Below are positions 11,179 to 19,803 of a stretch of 41,330 nucleotides of DNA, piece by piece (positions within the stretch are counted from its first letter, which is position 1; the number at the start of each line of letters is the position of its first letter). A model generated the notes under the pieces. The model was not told the origin of the DNA, ran no database searches, and saw only the letters and a list, made by a program, of their open reading frames with translations. The translations under genes were made by a program, and so were the position numbers. The DNA lies in sequence record DRR378314_2665; one strand, written 5' to 3'.

Positions 11179-12564
11179 CTAAAGTTTTATAAAGCCGATC
11201 AGCTGTAAAAAAATAATAATGATAGCGACTGGAGAAATATATTTAACGCACAGTAGCCAGACATCGAAAATGCCCTTTTTTGTATCCAGTTCGTCTTTCG
11301 TGAACTCCGAACGCATTACCCAGCCCGCTAATAGCGCGAGCAGAAGGCCGCCTAACGGGAGCAGTAAGCTCGACGTTAAAACGTCAATAATATCAAAGAG
11401 TGATTCAATTGGCTTACCTAACCACTCGGAGTCTAACTGAGCCCAGCCGGAGCCGGCAAACGAATGGATAGTCAACTGTCCCAGAAGCCATAGCACTCCG
11501 CCAGAAACTAAGGTTGCCGGCCAACGGCTTAAGGAAAATTTTTCTGAAACAAAGGCAACCGATGATTCAATCATGGCGATAGCGGAAGTAAACGCCGCAA
11601 TAACCAGCATAATGAAGAATACGGTTCCAACGAAGCCTCCGGCAGGCATTTCACTGAAAGCTAAAGGTAAGGTAGTAAAGATAAGACCCGGGCCTTCACT
11701 TGGCGTTAAGCCATAACCGAACACCAGAGGAAATATTGCCAGCCCCGCTAACAGCGCGACAAAAGTATCAATAACAGCAATCCAGACACTGGTTTGTACT
11801 ATAGAGGTTTCTCGCGGTAAGTAAGCGCCGTACATAATCACAACGCCAGAAGCTAACCCCAGAGTGAAAAAAGAGTGGCCTAGCGCGACCATTACGCCGT
11901 TAACCGTCAACTTGCTGAAGTCAGGTTCAAACATAAAGCTAACAGCCGAGGAAAAATCACCGATGCTACCAGAATAAACAGCAATGCAAACCAGCAACAC
12001 AATCATGCAGGGAAGTAAGAAGCGTACTGATCTTTCCAGACCATTTTTAACCCCGTTGCCAACCACTAAAACGGTAGCGATAACAATCAAGCTGTGCCAG
12101 ATCATCAATTCCCCGGGCGACGCTTGCAGAGCATCAAAGGTTTTTCCTACAGCTTCGGCTGAAGCATTGGTAAACACCCCTTGCGCGGCTTTAAAGACAT
12201 AAGCCAGCGCCCAACCGGCTATAACCGCATAGAAACTTAACACCAGATAACCGGTCAACATTCCCAGCCAACCTGCAACTTGCCATGCGGGATGCTTACC
12301 CGACTCTAATGCGACCGATTTGGCTGCATAGCCTGGTGAGTGTCGGCCACGGCGACCAATAATCACCTCGGCCATCATAATTGGAATGCCAATGGCTAAA
12401 ATACAAAGCAGGTACACCAGAACAAAGGCACCGCCTCCGTTCTCGCCCATCACGTAGGGAAACTTCCAAATATTGCCTAAACCAACAGCTGCTGCTGAAG
12501 AGGCCAGTATAAAACTTAACCGACTTGACCATCGGCTTGATATCGCCTGATTATTTGTTGTCAT
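11179..12564 (-). CDS. Sodium-dependent transporter, NSS/SNF family
   Basis: 'WSSRLSFILASSAAAVGLGNIWKFPY..GENGGGAF' signature and GPGLIF motif. Confidence 0.93.
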   Translation of the reverse strand: MTTNNQAISSRWSSRLSFILASSAAAVGLGNIWKFPYVMGENGGGAFVLVYLLCILAIGIPIMMAEVIIGRRGRHSPGYAAKSVALESGKHPAWQVAGWLGMLTGYLVLSFYAVIAGWALAYVFKAAQGVFTNASAEAVGKTFDALQASPGELMIWHSLIVIATVLVVGNGVKNGLERSVRFLLPCMIVLLVCIAVYSGSIGDFSSAVSFMFEPDFSKLTVNGVMVALGHSFFTLGLASGVVIMYGAYLPRETSIVQTSVWIAVIDTFVALLAGLAIFPLVFGYGLTPSEGPGLIFTTLPLAFSEMPAGGFVGTVFFIMLVIAAFTSAIAMIESSVAFVSEKFSLSRWPATLVSGGVLWLLGQLTIHSFAGSGWAQLDSEWLGKPIESLFDIIDVLTSSLLLPLGGLLLALLAGWVMRSEFTKDELDTKKGIFDVWLLCVKYISPVAIIIIFLQLIGFIKL

Positions 12565-12632
12565 TATTATTAATCGTTTGTGTTCAGTAACGCGCTATAT
12601 GACCACAAAACTGGGGTCTATGACAAGCGCAC

Positions 12633-12663
12633 AAAAAAATACCGCCGTAAAGGCGGTATTTTT
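12633..12663 (-). terminator. Rho-independent terminator after prc (bidirectional geometry)
   Basis: AAAAAAATACCGCC-GTAAA-GGCGGTATTTTT hairpin flanked by A and T tracts. Confidence 0.9.
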
Positions 12664-12674
12664 AAAAGGTCAAT

Positions 12675-14732
12675 TTAATTCGAGGCAAGTTGATTTTTAT
12701 CAATGAAATCAAATGCAACCAAAGCGGCTTGATCGAGGAAGGGATCTACCTCGGTAAATTCATCGGGAGCGTCTTCAACGTTCTCGATTGGCTCTTTTCC
12801 CGCACGTTTCAGGCGTTCGTTAACTCGCTCAAGTTGCTTGGCTTTTTGCTGCTCTTGTTTCTTTTCGCGCTCAGTTAACACCAAGCTGACCCACGTTTTA
12901 TCTTTCTCTTCTCTATAACGTTCTATTTCTTCAAATATGTAAGAAAATTCTGGGTCATCTTCAATTCTCTGATTTAACTGCTGTTGCAAATCTTTTACTT
13001 CAGCACTGTTAATTTCACCAACGGGACTATAACTCGCCTTATCTATTTTATCCCAGGGTAACGCGTTGTCTTCTTTGCTTTCACCCCAGTCTGAAGCTTC
13101 AACAAACGAAGGAAAAACAACGTCTGGCTGAACACCTCTTAACTGTGTACTGCCACCATCTATGCGGTAGAATTTCGCAATGGTATATTGAACGCTGCCT
13201 AGTGGCTTATCGTAGAAATCGAAGCGCCGGGCAAGTCCTCGATGTTGTTGCACAGTACCTTTCCCAAAAGTATTTTCACCTATTATTAAGGCACGTTCAT
13301 AATCCTGCATGGCCGCGGCAAAAATTTCAGACGCTGAAGCACTGTAACGGTCAACCATAACGAACAATGGTCCGTCATAGTAGGTTTTACCGTCTTTGTC
13401 TTCACTGACATCGACACGCCCGCGTCCGTCACTCACCTGAACTACTGGGCCTTTATCAATAAATAGTCCGCTCAAACCAATAGCTTCGGTTAAAGCACCG
13501 CCACCATTACCGCGCAAATCAATCACTAAGCCTTCTACTTTCTGGCTTTCTAAATCCTCAATCAGCTTTTTGACATCAGCTGTTAGGTTATTGTAGAACC
13601 CAGGAATTTCGATAACACCAAGACGACGCCCTTTATAAGGCCCCTCTTCGAACTCTTTGACTTCGGCTTTTGCTGCACGATCCTCCAGTTTCACCTTGTC
13701 GCGGACAATTTCAACTTCACTTGGAGTGCCGCCGGCACCTTGGCTGGCTTTTAAGACCTGCAAACGGACGGTTGTTCCTTTGGGTCCTTTAATTAACTCA
13801 ACGACATCGTCCAGACGCATGCCAATGATGTCAACAAACTCCTCTTCATCCTCGCCGGAGCCTTGGCCTACAGCTATGATCTTATCTTCTGGAGAAAGCT
13901 CATCGGTTTTATCCGCAGGACCACCTGGGACTAAACTGCGAATTATTGTGTAATCGTATTCTGACTGAAGTACTGCGCCAATTCCTTCCAGTTCGAGATT
14001 CATATTTTGCTGAAAGCGCTCTGAGTTGGAAGGCGATAGGTAACTTGTATGCGGCTCAACTGAACGGGCAAACGCGTTCATAACGGTTTGAAAAACATCT
14101 TCGCTTTTCGATTTTGTCAGTCGATTTAATGCACTGTTATAACGCTTGCCGAGTGTCTCAACTATCTCTGGCCACTCTTTACCGGCCAGTTTCAAATTAA
14201 GCGCATCGTATTTAACACGGTTTTGCCAAAGCTCATCCAACTCTTCTTTGGATTCCGCCCAATCAGCATCTTCACGATCGTAGTAGTACTTGTCACCCTC
14301 AACCGAAAAATCCATGGGCTTGTCTTCGTCCAGTATAGACAGCGCATACTCGTAACGCTGAAAACGTCGCTCAAGACTTTTCTGATAAATGTCGTAAGCA
14401 ACATCAAGCTCCCCCCGTTTCAGCATGTCATCAAACAAATGACGATACTCCTGGGCGGCTTCTATATCCTCTTTCAGAAGAAACATTTTGCTGTAATCCA
14501 GCAAGTCAAAGTAGCGCTCATGAATTTGCTCAGATAACTCGTTATCCAGCGTCAAACTACTGAAATGATAACGGGTAAAATAGGACGCAATACGCTCACT
14601 GGCTGTATCATGCTGAGCTTCCTGCTCTAACTCTGGTAATTCACTGATCTTGTGCTCTGGCGGTATGGCAACCGCAACAGGAACAACACACATCAGTGCC
14701 AATGCACATTTCTTTACAGCCCAGTGTTTCAT
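12675..14732 (-). CDS. prc: Tail-specific (carboxy-terminal processing) protease Prc
   Basis: Signal peptide, PDZ (GIGAVL), DLRGNGGG, catalytic SASASEIF, TFGKGTVQ. Confidence 0.96.
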   Translation of the reverse strand: MKHWAVKKCALALMCVVPVAVAIPPEHKISELPELEQEAQHDTASERIASYFTRYHFSSLTLDNELSEQIHERYFDLLDYSKMFLLKEDIEAAQEYRHLFDDMLKRGELDVAYDIYQKSLERRFQRYEYALSILDEDKPMDFSVEGDKYYYDREDADWAESKEELDELWQNRVKYDALNLKLAGKEWPEIVETLGKRYNSALNRLTKSKSEDVFQTVMNAFARSVEPHTSYLSPSNSERFQQNMNLELEGIGAVLQSEYDYTIIRSLVPGGPADKTDELSPEDKIIAVGQGSGEDEEEFVDIIGMRLDDVVELIKGPKGTTVRLQVLKASQGAGGTPSEVEIVRDKVKLEDRAAKAEVKEFEEGPYKGRRLGVIEIPGFYNNLTADVKKLIEDLESQKVEGLVIDLRGNGGGALTEAIGLSGLFIDKGPVVQVSDGRGRVDVSEDKDGKTYYDGPLFVMVDRYSASASEIFAAAMQDYERALIIGENTFGKGTVQQHRGLARRFDFYDKPLGSVQYTIAKFYRIDGGSTQLRGVQPDVVFPSFVEASDWGESKEDNALPWDKIDKASYSPVGEINSAEVKDLQQQLNQRIEDDPEFSYIFEEIERYREEKDKTWVSLVLTEREKKQEQQKAKQLERVNERLKRAGKEPIENVEDAPDEFTEVDPFLDQAALVAFDFIDKNQLASN

Positions 14733-14741
14733 TGACTACTC

Positions 14742-15368
14742 CTAAGCGCGCAGAAAAATCTTATCTGCTTTTACTTTCATAATTAAACCGTTTTGCAACT
14801 GAACTTGAACGTCGTCCTTGTCCAGCTCTAAAACTGTTGCTGACATGGGGGTGTTCCCCGCTTTTACCTGAACCTGTTGACCAACAGAAAGCTTGTTGAG
14901 TTCCACATCAGCCAATTTAACTTTTGGTTTGGCCGGTTTTTTTGCGGTTTTCGGTTTAGCTTTTGCTGTATTTTCAGGTTTATCTTTAGCCGGAGCTTTT
15001 TTAGCGGCAGCCTTGTTGGTTGCTTTGTTTTTCTCTGCAACTTTAGCTTTAGATTCTTTTAAAGTCTCTTGTGCATGCTGCTGATGTTCTTCTGTTACAG
15101 CTTCTACCTGCTCTCCGTCTAAATTCACTCGCTGAGCACCCGTTTTAACGCTGTATAGATACCGCCAGCTATTGGTGTAATGACGCAGAGCCGTTCTTAA
15201 ACGTGTTTTACTTACTTTGTCATCGTCCTCAAGGCGTTTCGCCAAATCCTCAAAAATACCAATTTTTAAAGGTTTGGCATCGCCTTTAATAGTAAAACAG
15301 TCTGGAAACTGTTCGGCTAAATAGGCAATGACATCTTTACTTTTCGTCAGCTTTTCAGGTTCACTCAT
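14742..15368 (-). CDS. proQ: RNA chaperone ProQ
   Basis: FinO/ProQ domain (FPDCF..KPLKIGIFEDL, LRTALRHYTNSWRYL), Lys/Ala/Pro linker, C-terminal Tudor-like domain. Upstream of prc. Likely start MSEPEK at 15368. Confidence 0.95.
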   Translation of the reverse strand: MSEPEKLTKSKDVIAYLAEQFPDCFTIKGDAKPLKIGIFEDLAKRLEDDDKVSKTRLRTALRHYTNSWRYLYSVKTGAQRVNLDGEQVEAVTEEHQQHAQETLKESKAKVAEKNKATNKAAAKKAPAKDKPENTAKAKPKTAKKPAKPKVKLADVELNKLSVGQQVQVKAGNTPMSATVLELDKDDVQVQLQNGLIMKVKADKIFLRA

Positions 15369-15651
15369 TCCATTCTTCTTCCTGTTCGCGGACAACTTTC
15401 ATTAAGTTTCGAACATAGTCGTCCATTTCATCAAATGACAAATCTAGCAATGCAGGCTCTTCAATCCAGTCGTACAAAGTACGGCGAACCATTTCTTCAA
15501 GCTGCTCTGTTGTATCGTCATCCTCTCGTAATGCATTAATAAGATGCAGCATTTCATTTATTTTATCAGCGGCTTCTTCTTCATGCTCTTCAAAGAAAAT
15601 AACATCTTGTTTGGTTACTAAATAACTGTGAATATCGAATTCAACAAACAT
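15361..15651 (-). CDS. Hypothetical highly acidic 96-aa protein
   Basis: Fills the msrC-proQ gap exactly: 1 nt after the msrC stop, 8-nt overlap with the proQ start. 30 D/E versus 8 K/R by hand count. Confidence 0.75.
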   Translation of the reverse strand: MFVEFDIHSYLVTKQDVIFFEEHEEEAADKINEMLHLINALREDDDTTEQLEEMVRRTLYDWIEEPALLDLSFDEMDDYVRNLMKVVREQEEEWNE

Positions 15652-15652
15652 A

Positions 15653-16126
15653 TTATGACTGCAACCCTTGCCAATTCAGAGTTTGGCAGTAGTCAGCAAT
15701 AGCCTGAATGGCTTTTGCGTCTTCTTCACTAAAGCGCCCCACCGACGGGCTATCGACATCCAGTACCGCAACGGTTTTACCATTAACGACTATAGGTGCA
15801 ACAACTTCACTGTTTGATGCTGAGTCACAAGCTATATGCCCGGCAAATTGGTGAACATCTTCAACTCTCTGGCAGGTTTGGGTTTCTGCAGCAACGCCGC
15901 AAACGCCCTTGCCAAAAGGAATACGAACACAAGCGACGCGGCCCTGAAAAGGACCTAACACCAACTCGTTATCGGAACGGGTAAGGTAGAAACCTAGCCA
16001 GTTAATGTCTTCAATGTGCTCATAGAGTAGCGCAGAGATATTCGCAAGATTTGCAATTAAATCGGGCTCACCTTCTGTTAAGGCCCGGCTTTGGGCTAAT
16101 AAGTCAGAATACAGCTGAGAGCTCAT
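15653..16126 (-). CDS. msrC: GAF-domain free methionine-(R)-sulfoxide reductase
   Basis: Motifs INWLGFYL, LGPFQGRVACVRIPFGKGVCG, FAGHIACDSASNSE, LDVDSP. Confidence 0.92.
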   Translation of the reverse strand: MSSQLYSDLLAQSRALTEGEPDLIANLANISALLYEHIEDINWLGFYLTRSDNELVLGPFQGRVACVRIPFGKGVCGVAAETQTCQRVEDVHQFAGHIACDSASNSEVVAPIVVNGKTVAVLDVDSPSVGRFSEEDAKAIQAIADYCQTLNWQGLQS

Positions 16127-16422
16127 AATTCGCCTTCTTGTTGGTCGAGTTTGAAACGAGCAATTTGTTCGCCAGAGTCAGTTTTGAACTGCTCTTTTAA
16201 TTGCCGTTTGGTTTTCGTAATTATTTCGCCGTTAGCACCAATAGTAAAAGCTTCCTCTGTGCTGGCGTATCTAGCCTGGTAAGCCATAACCAATTGAATA
16301 GAGTTTTCACGTTGCTCATCAGTTAAACGATTACCATCTGGCCATTTACCGGTTTCAACCGCCTGAACCAGACGCTCGTAAATGTCCTGATTCATACTTT
16401 TAATTAAGTCGTCGAATTGCAT
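16123..16422 (-). CDS. yeaC: YeaC/DUF1315 family protein
   Basis: 'IYERLVQAVETGKWPDG.RLT.EQRE...QLVM.YQ' signature. Confidence 0.88.
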   Translation of the reverse strand: MQFDDLIKSMNQDIYERLVQAVETGKWPDGNRLTDEQRENSIQLVMAYQARYASTEEAFTIGANGEIITKTKRQLKEQFKTDSGEQIARFKLDQQEGEL

Positions 16423-16425
16423 AGT

Positions 16426-16755
16426 TTACCGCTTTTTCTTTTTTAAAAAGACAAGCTGCACGCGGTTGATTATAAACCAAACTAATCCCCCGACCATTAA
16501 GCCAACGGCAACGCTGTATTGCCAAGTTTTTGGCATGGGTTGCTGAAGGAATAAATAAGTAAAAGCGGCAATCGATATCAGTAAGGCGAGCATTGAACGG
16601 GAAACCAGCTTATCGGATTTTTCCTGCTTTATCCGTATGGCTTCACGCTCTATATCATCTTTAGACTGACCAGCCAGAACAAACTGGCAATGCGGGCACT
16701 CTTTTACTTTGCTTGAAATTCGCTTATTACACGAAGGACATTGTGTTAACGCCAT
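16426..16755 (-). CDS. Zinc-ribbon membrane protein (hypothetical)
   Basis: N-terminal CPSC...CPHC, two TM helices, basic C-terminal tail. Confidence 0.8.
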   Translation of the reverse strand: MALTQCPSCNKRISSKVKECPHCQFVLAGQSKDDIEREAIRIKQEKSDKLVSRSMLALLISIAAFTYLFLQQPMPKTWQYSVAVGLMVGGLVWFIINRVQLVFLKKKKR

Positions 16756-16785
16756 AAACTACCTATCTCTTATGTAGTCCTTGCA

Positions 16786-16813
16786 ATATAAGGCTTTTGC
16801 TCTCAATTTCAAG
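16786..16813 (-). promoter_or_regulatory. Putative sigma32 (RpoH) promoter
   Basis: Minus strand CTTGAAA-13 nt-CCTTATAT versus consensus CTTGAAA-N13/14-CCCCATNT, about 30 nt upstream of the ORF start at 16755. Confidence 0.55.
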
Positions 16814-16834
16814 CATTGCGAGGGAATAAAAAAT

Positions 16835-16863
16835 AAAACGGCCAACTTTAAGTTGACCGTTTT
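16835..16863 (-). terminator. Rho-independent terminator after the AGCS symporter
   Basis: AAAACGGCCAACTT-T-AAGTTGACCGTTTT hairpin with a U-tract on the minus strand. Confidence 0.75.
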
Positions 16864-16885
16864 GCTTTAATTGATGCTTATTCTA

Positions 16886-18562
16886 TTACTTTTTCTTGTC
16901 GGCGTCGCCAAAGTCTTTCCAATAAGACTTAACCGTTGATTTCATTTCCCGATGCAGCAAAATCATACCCAGTAAGTTAGGTAATGTCATTAAGACAATA
17001 GCGACAGCAGAAGCTGTCCAAACTAAGGTGGTATCTGCAAATGACGCCCAGAAAAAGCCTGCGACATAAAGTATACGGTAAGGCATAACACCCTTTTGGC
17101 CGACCAGATAAACAACCGCCCTGTCACCGTAATAAGACCAGGCAATAGCCGTTGAAAAGGCAAACATCAATAAGGTAATAGGAATAATGTACTGCCCATA
17201 GTCTCCGAAATACCCATTAGCAAAAGCCAGTGAGGTTAGAGCTGCGGAATGCACTAGTGATTTGCCGACAACTTCAATGTCTTCTTTAATCAAGTTGCCA
17301 TTTTCAATTTTCACCTGACCATTGTAAGCATCTTCTCCGGCAATAATGAAACGCACGTCTTCAGCAACCGAGCGCGCATGCAAAATAGTGATTTCACCAT
17401 CAGTCTGCGCCTTACCATCAACAACATTCAGCGTACCCGAATAGCGTTTGATTTCAGTGTCGTCGTAGTCGTTCAGGTATCTGTAAAGCTCCTGGCGATC
17501 TTCTTTGTCAACGTCATTGTACTCACCAACAACGAAGTCCAGATCGCTTCTGGCAAAGTTATTTTCAAACTTCTCAGTCCAAACTCCGGAAGACAGAATA
17601 ACCAGACCGGTTAAGGTACAGATTAGGATGGTATCCAGGAAAGGCTCAAGAATTGAAACCAAACCTTCAGCAACAGGATCTTTGGCTTTAGCTGATGCGT
17701 GTGCAATTGGAGCAGAACCCTGGCCCGCTTCGTTCGAGAATAAGCCACGGTTTACACCACGGTTAAACGCATAGGCGAAGCTGGCGCCAAGGAAACCGCC
17801 TGCCGCCGCTGAACCGGTGAAAGCGTCAGTGAAAATAGAAACGAAAGATGAGCCTATATTATCGATATTGAAGAAAATAACGCTCAAAGAACCAATGACA
17901 TAAACAATTCCCATAATAGGAACAATTTTCGAGGTAACCGCTGCTATTCGCTTGATGCCACCAATAATGACCATTGCCAGTAAAATAGAGAGGATAGCCC
18001 CTGTCCAGACCGGATCAATTGAGAAAGTCTGTTCCATTGACTGCGCAATGTTATTAATTTGCGGCATATTTCCGGTGCCAAAGGAACTAACAATAGTCGC
18101 AATGGCAAAGATAACCGCTAACCATTTCATATTAAGGCGGCGATCCATGTAGTACATTGGTCCGCCAGCCATAGTGCCATCTTCGGTTTTTACACGGTAT
18201 TTATGTGACAAGGTCACTTCGACAAACTTCGTGGTCATACCAAGGAATGCCGTCATCCACATCCAGAAAATAGCCGCCGGGCCACCCAGGAATATCGCAA
18301 GTGCAACACCACCAATATTACCGGTACCTACAGTACCTGATAACGCGGTCGATAAGGCCTGGAAGTGACTGGTATCACCTTGTGAGTCTTTTTTATCGAA
18401 TTTGCCGGCCAGTACTCTCCAGGCATGTCTGAAATAGCGTACCTGAGGAAAACCAAGATACAGTGAGAAAAATAATCCCACACCGAGCAAAAGAAACGGG
18501 AAATATCTCGCTGAGCCTAAAAACCCGTCAATCCAAAGCAAAAAATTGTTGAGCGCTTCCAA
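16886..18562 (-). CDS. Sodium:alanine/glycine symporter (AGCS family)
   Basis: Motifs [53 protein letters not shown] start with AAGGGGG RBS. Confidence 0.93.
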   Translation of the reverse strand: MEALNNFLLWIDGFLGSARYFPFLLLGVGLFFSLYLGFPQVRYFRHAWRVLAGKFDKKDSQGDTSHFQALSTALSGTVGTGNIGGVALAIFLGGPAAIFWMWMTAFLGMTTKFVEVTLSHKYRVKTEDGTMAGGPMYYMDRRLNMKWLAVIFAIATIVSSFGTGNMPQINNIAQSMEQTFSIDPVWTGAILSILLAMVIIGGIKRIAAVTSKIVPIMGIVYVIGSLSVIFFNIDNIGSSFVSIFTDAFTGSAAAGGFLGASFAYAFNRGVNRGLFSNEAGQGSAPIAHASAKAKDPVAEGLVSILEPFLDTILICTLTGLVILSSGVWTEKFENNFARSDLDFVVGEYNDVDKEDRQELYRYLNDYDDTEIKRYSGTLNVVDGKAQTDGEITILHARSVAEDVRFIIAGEDAYNGQVKIENGNLIKEDIEVVGKSLVHSAALTSLAFANGYFGDYGQYIIPITLLMFAFSTAIAWSYYGDRAVVYLVGQKGVMPYRILYVAGFFWASFADTTLVWTASAVAIVLMTLPNLLGMILLHREMKSTVKSYWKDFGDADKKK

Positions 18563-18608
18563 GGAAGACCCCCTTTTGTTGTTATTATTTTGTGATCCAA
18601 CTCTAGTT

Positions 18609-19736
18609 TTAACGCAATTTTGGTGAGACTGCCAATATTGCGGTTAAAACATCTTCTCCTAAACGCTGACAACGAGCTACTGACCAGCCGAAATCTTCGT
18701 CAGGTAAGTCTGCATTGTCTTTAAACGGCATTTCCAACGTATAAGATAAACACTTGAAGCGCTCACCCACCGCTGAGTTTGCGACGGTCATATTCGCTTT
18801 ACCCGGCTCATCCAGCTCATAACCATACTTCGTCTGGAACTCTGGAGTTGCCGCTAAAAAGGCTGACTTGAAAGTGTCTTCTAAGTCTTTATGGCGCTCG
18901 TCATATGAAGGAATACCTTCACAGCCTGCGACAAAGTTATAAGGCAAAGCTTCATCACCGTGCACATCAAGAAACATATCTACACCGGTTTCCTGCATGC
19001 GTTTTAGCACATAAAAAACTTCCGGGCTTTTTTTCAGGCTTGGTTCCGCCCATTCGCGGTTCAGGTTAGTACCAACAGCGTTAGTCCTAAGATGCCCACG
19101 GACACTGCCATCCGGGTTCATGTTTGGTACGACGTAAAAAACGTTCTCGTCTAACAACTTACGGGCCACGCCATCTTCGTCGTCTAGTAAACGTGTAATT
19201 AAGCCTTCCATAAACCACTCAGCCATTGACTCACCAGGATGCTGGCGTGCAGTTACCCAAATGGTATTTTTGTGCTCAGCGGGTTCACCTATAACCAATA
19301 AGTTTAATTCGCGGCCGTCTATCGTTTCGCCTAATAGCTCGTGATAACAATCAATTGACTGTTGAGCTGATTGAATCAGGTCTTGATGACGCTCGTAAGA
19401 ATAAGGAATGAAATACGCATAATAGACGCTTTCTTGCTCTGGTGTATGACGAATAGTCAGCTCTTTGCCATTGTACTCCGTCGGAACCCGGAACCAGGTT
19501 TCACGATCATATGAGGCGAGTGCCTGGTATTCTTTCCAACCGTCGGGATAAGCAGAATCAGATGCATTTTCAATCGTCATCACGTGCTCTTCGCCGGCTT
19601 CAGCAAACAGCTTAAAATGGAACCATTGGTAAAAATCAGACTGATGATCTTTTTTGATAGCTAAACGAATGTTATCGGCATTGTCTGAGCTGATAACTTG
19701 AATATTGCCACTGTCAAAGTTTGCAGTGATATGCAT
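18609..19736 (-). CDS. M14 zinc carboxypeptidase, cytosolic-carboxypeptidase (CCP)-like
   Basis: Motifs NFDSGNI, WFHF, ARQHPGE, PNMNPDG, NLNREW, DVHGDE, TLEMP. Confidence 0.9.
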   Translation of the reverse strand: MHITANFDSGNIQVISSDNADNIRLAIKKDHQSDFYQWFHFKLFAEAGEEHVMTIENASDSAYPDGWKEYQALASYDRETWFRVPTEYNGKELTIRHTPEQESVYYAYFIPYSYERHQDLIQSAQQSIDCYHELLGETIDGRELNLLVIGEPAEHKNTIWVTARQHPGESMAEWFMEGLITRLLDDEDGVARKLLDENVFYVVPNMNPDGSVRGHLRTNAVGTNLNREWAEPSLKKSPEVFYVLKRMQETGVDMFLDVHGDEALPYNFVAGCEGIPSYDERHKDLEDTFKSAFLAATPEFQTKYGYELDEPGKANMTVANSAVGERFKCLSYTLEMPFKDNADLPDEDFGWSVARCQRLGEDVLTAILAVSPKLR

Positions 19737-19774
19737 ACTTCACCTTTATGTGTTGTTTCTGAGAAAGTGAGTAG

Positions 19775-19800
19775 AAAAAAAGCGCCCGCAGGCGCTTTTT
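19775..19800 (-). terminator. Rho-independent terminator after gap
   Basis: AAAAAAAGCGCC-CGCA-GGCGCTTTTT. Confidence 0.88.
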
Positions 19801-19803
19801 CAA

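Noticed and set aside
14920..15060. Repetitive TTTAGC/TTTTGC-like sequence
   Set aside because: It encodes the Lys/Ala/Pro linker of ProQ; not a DNA repeat array or CRISPR.
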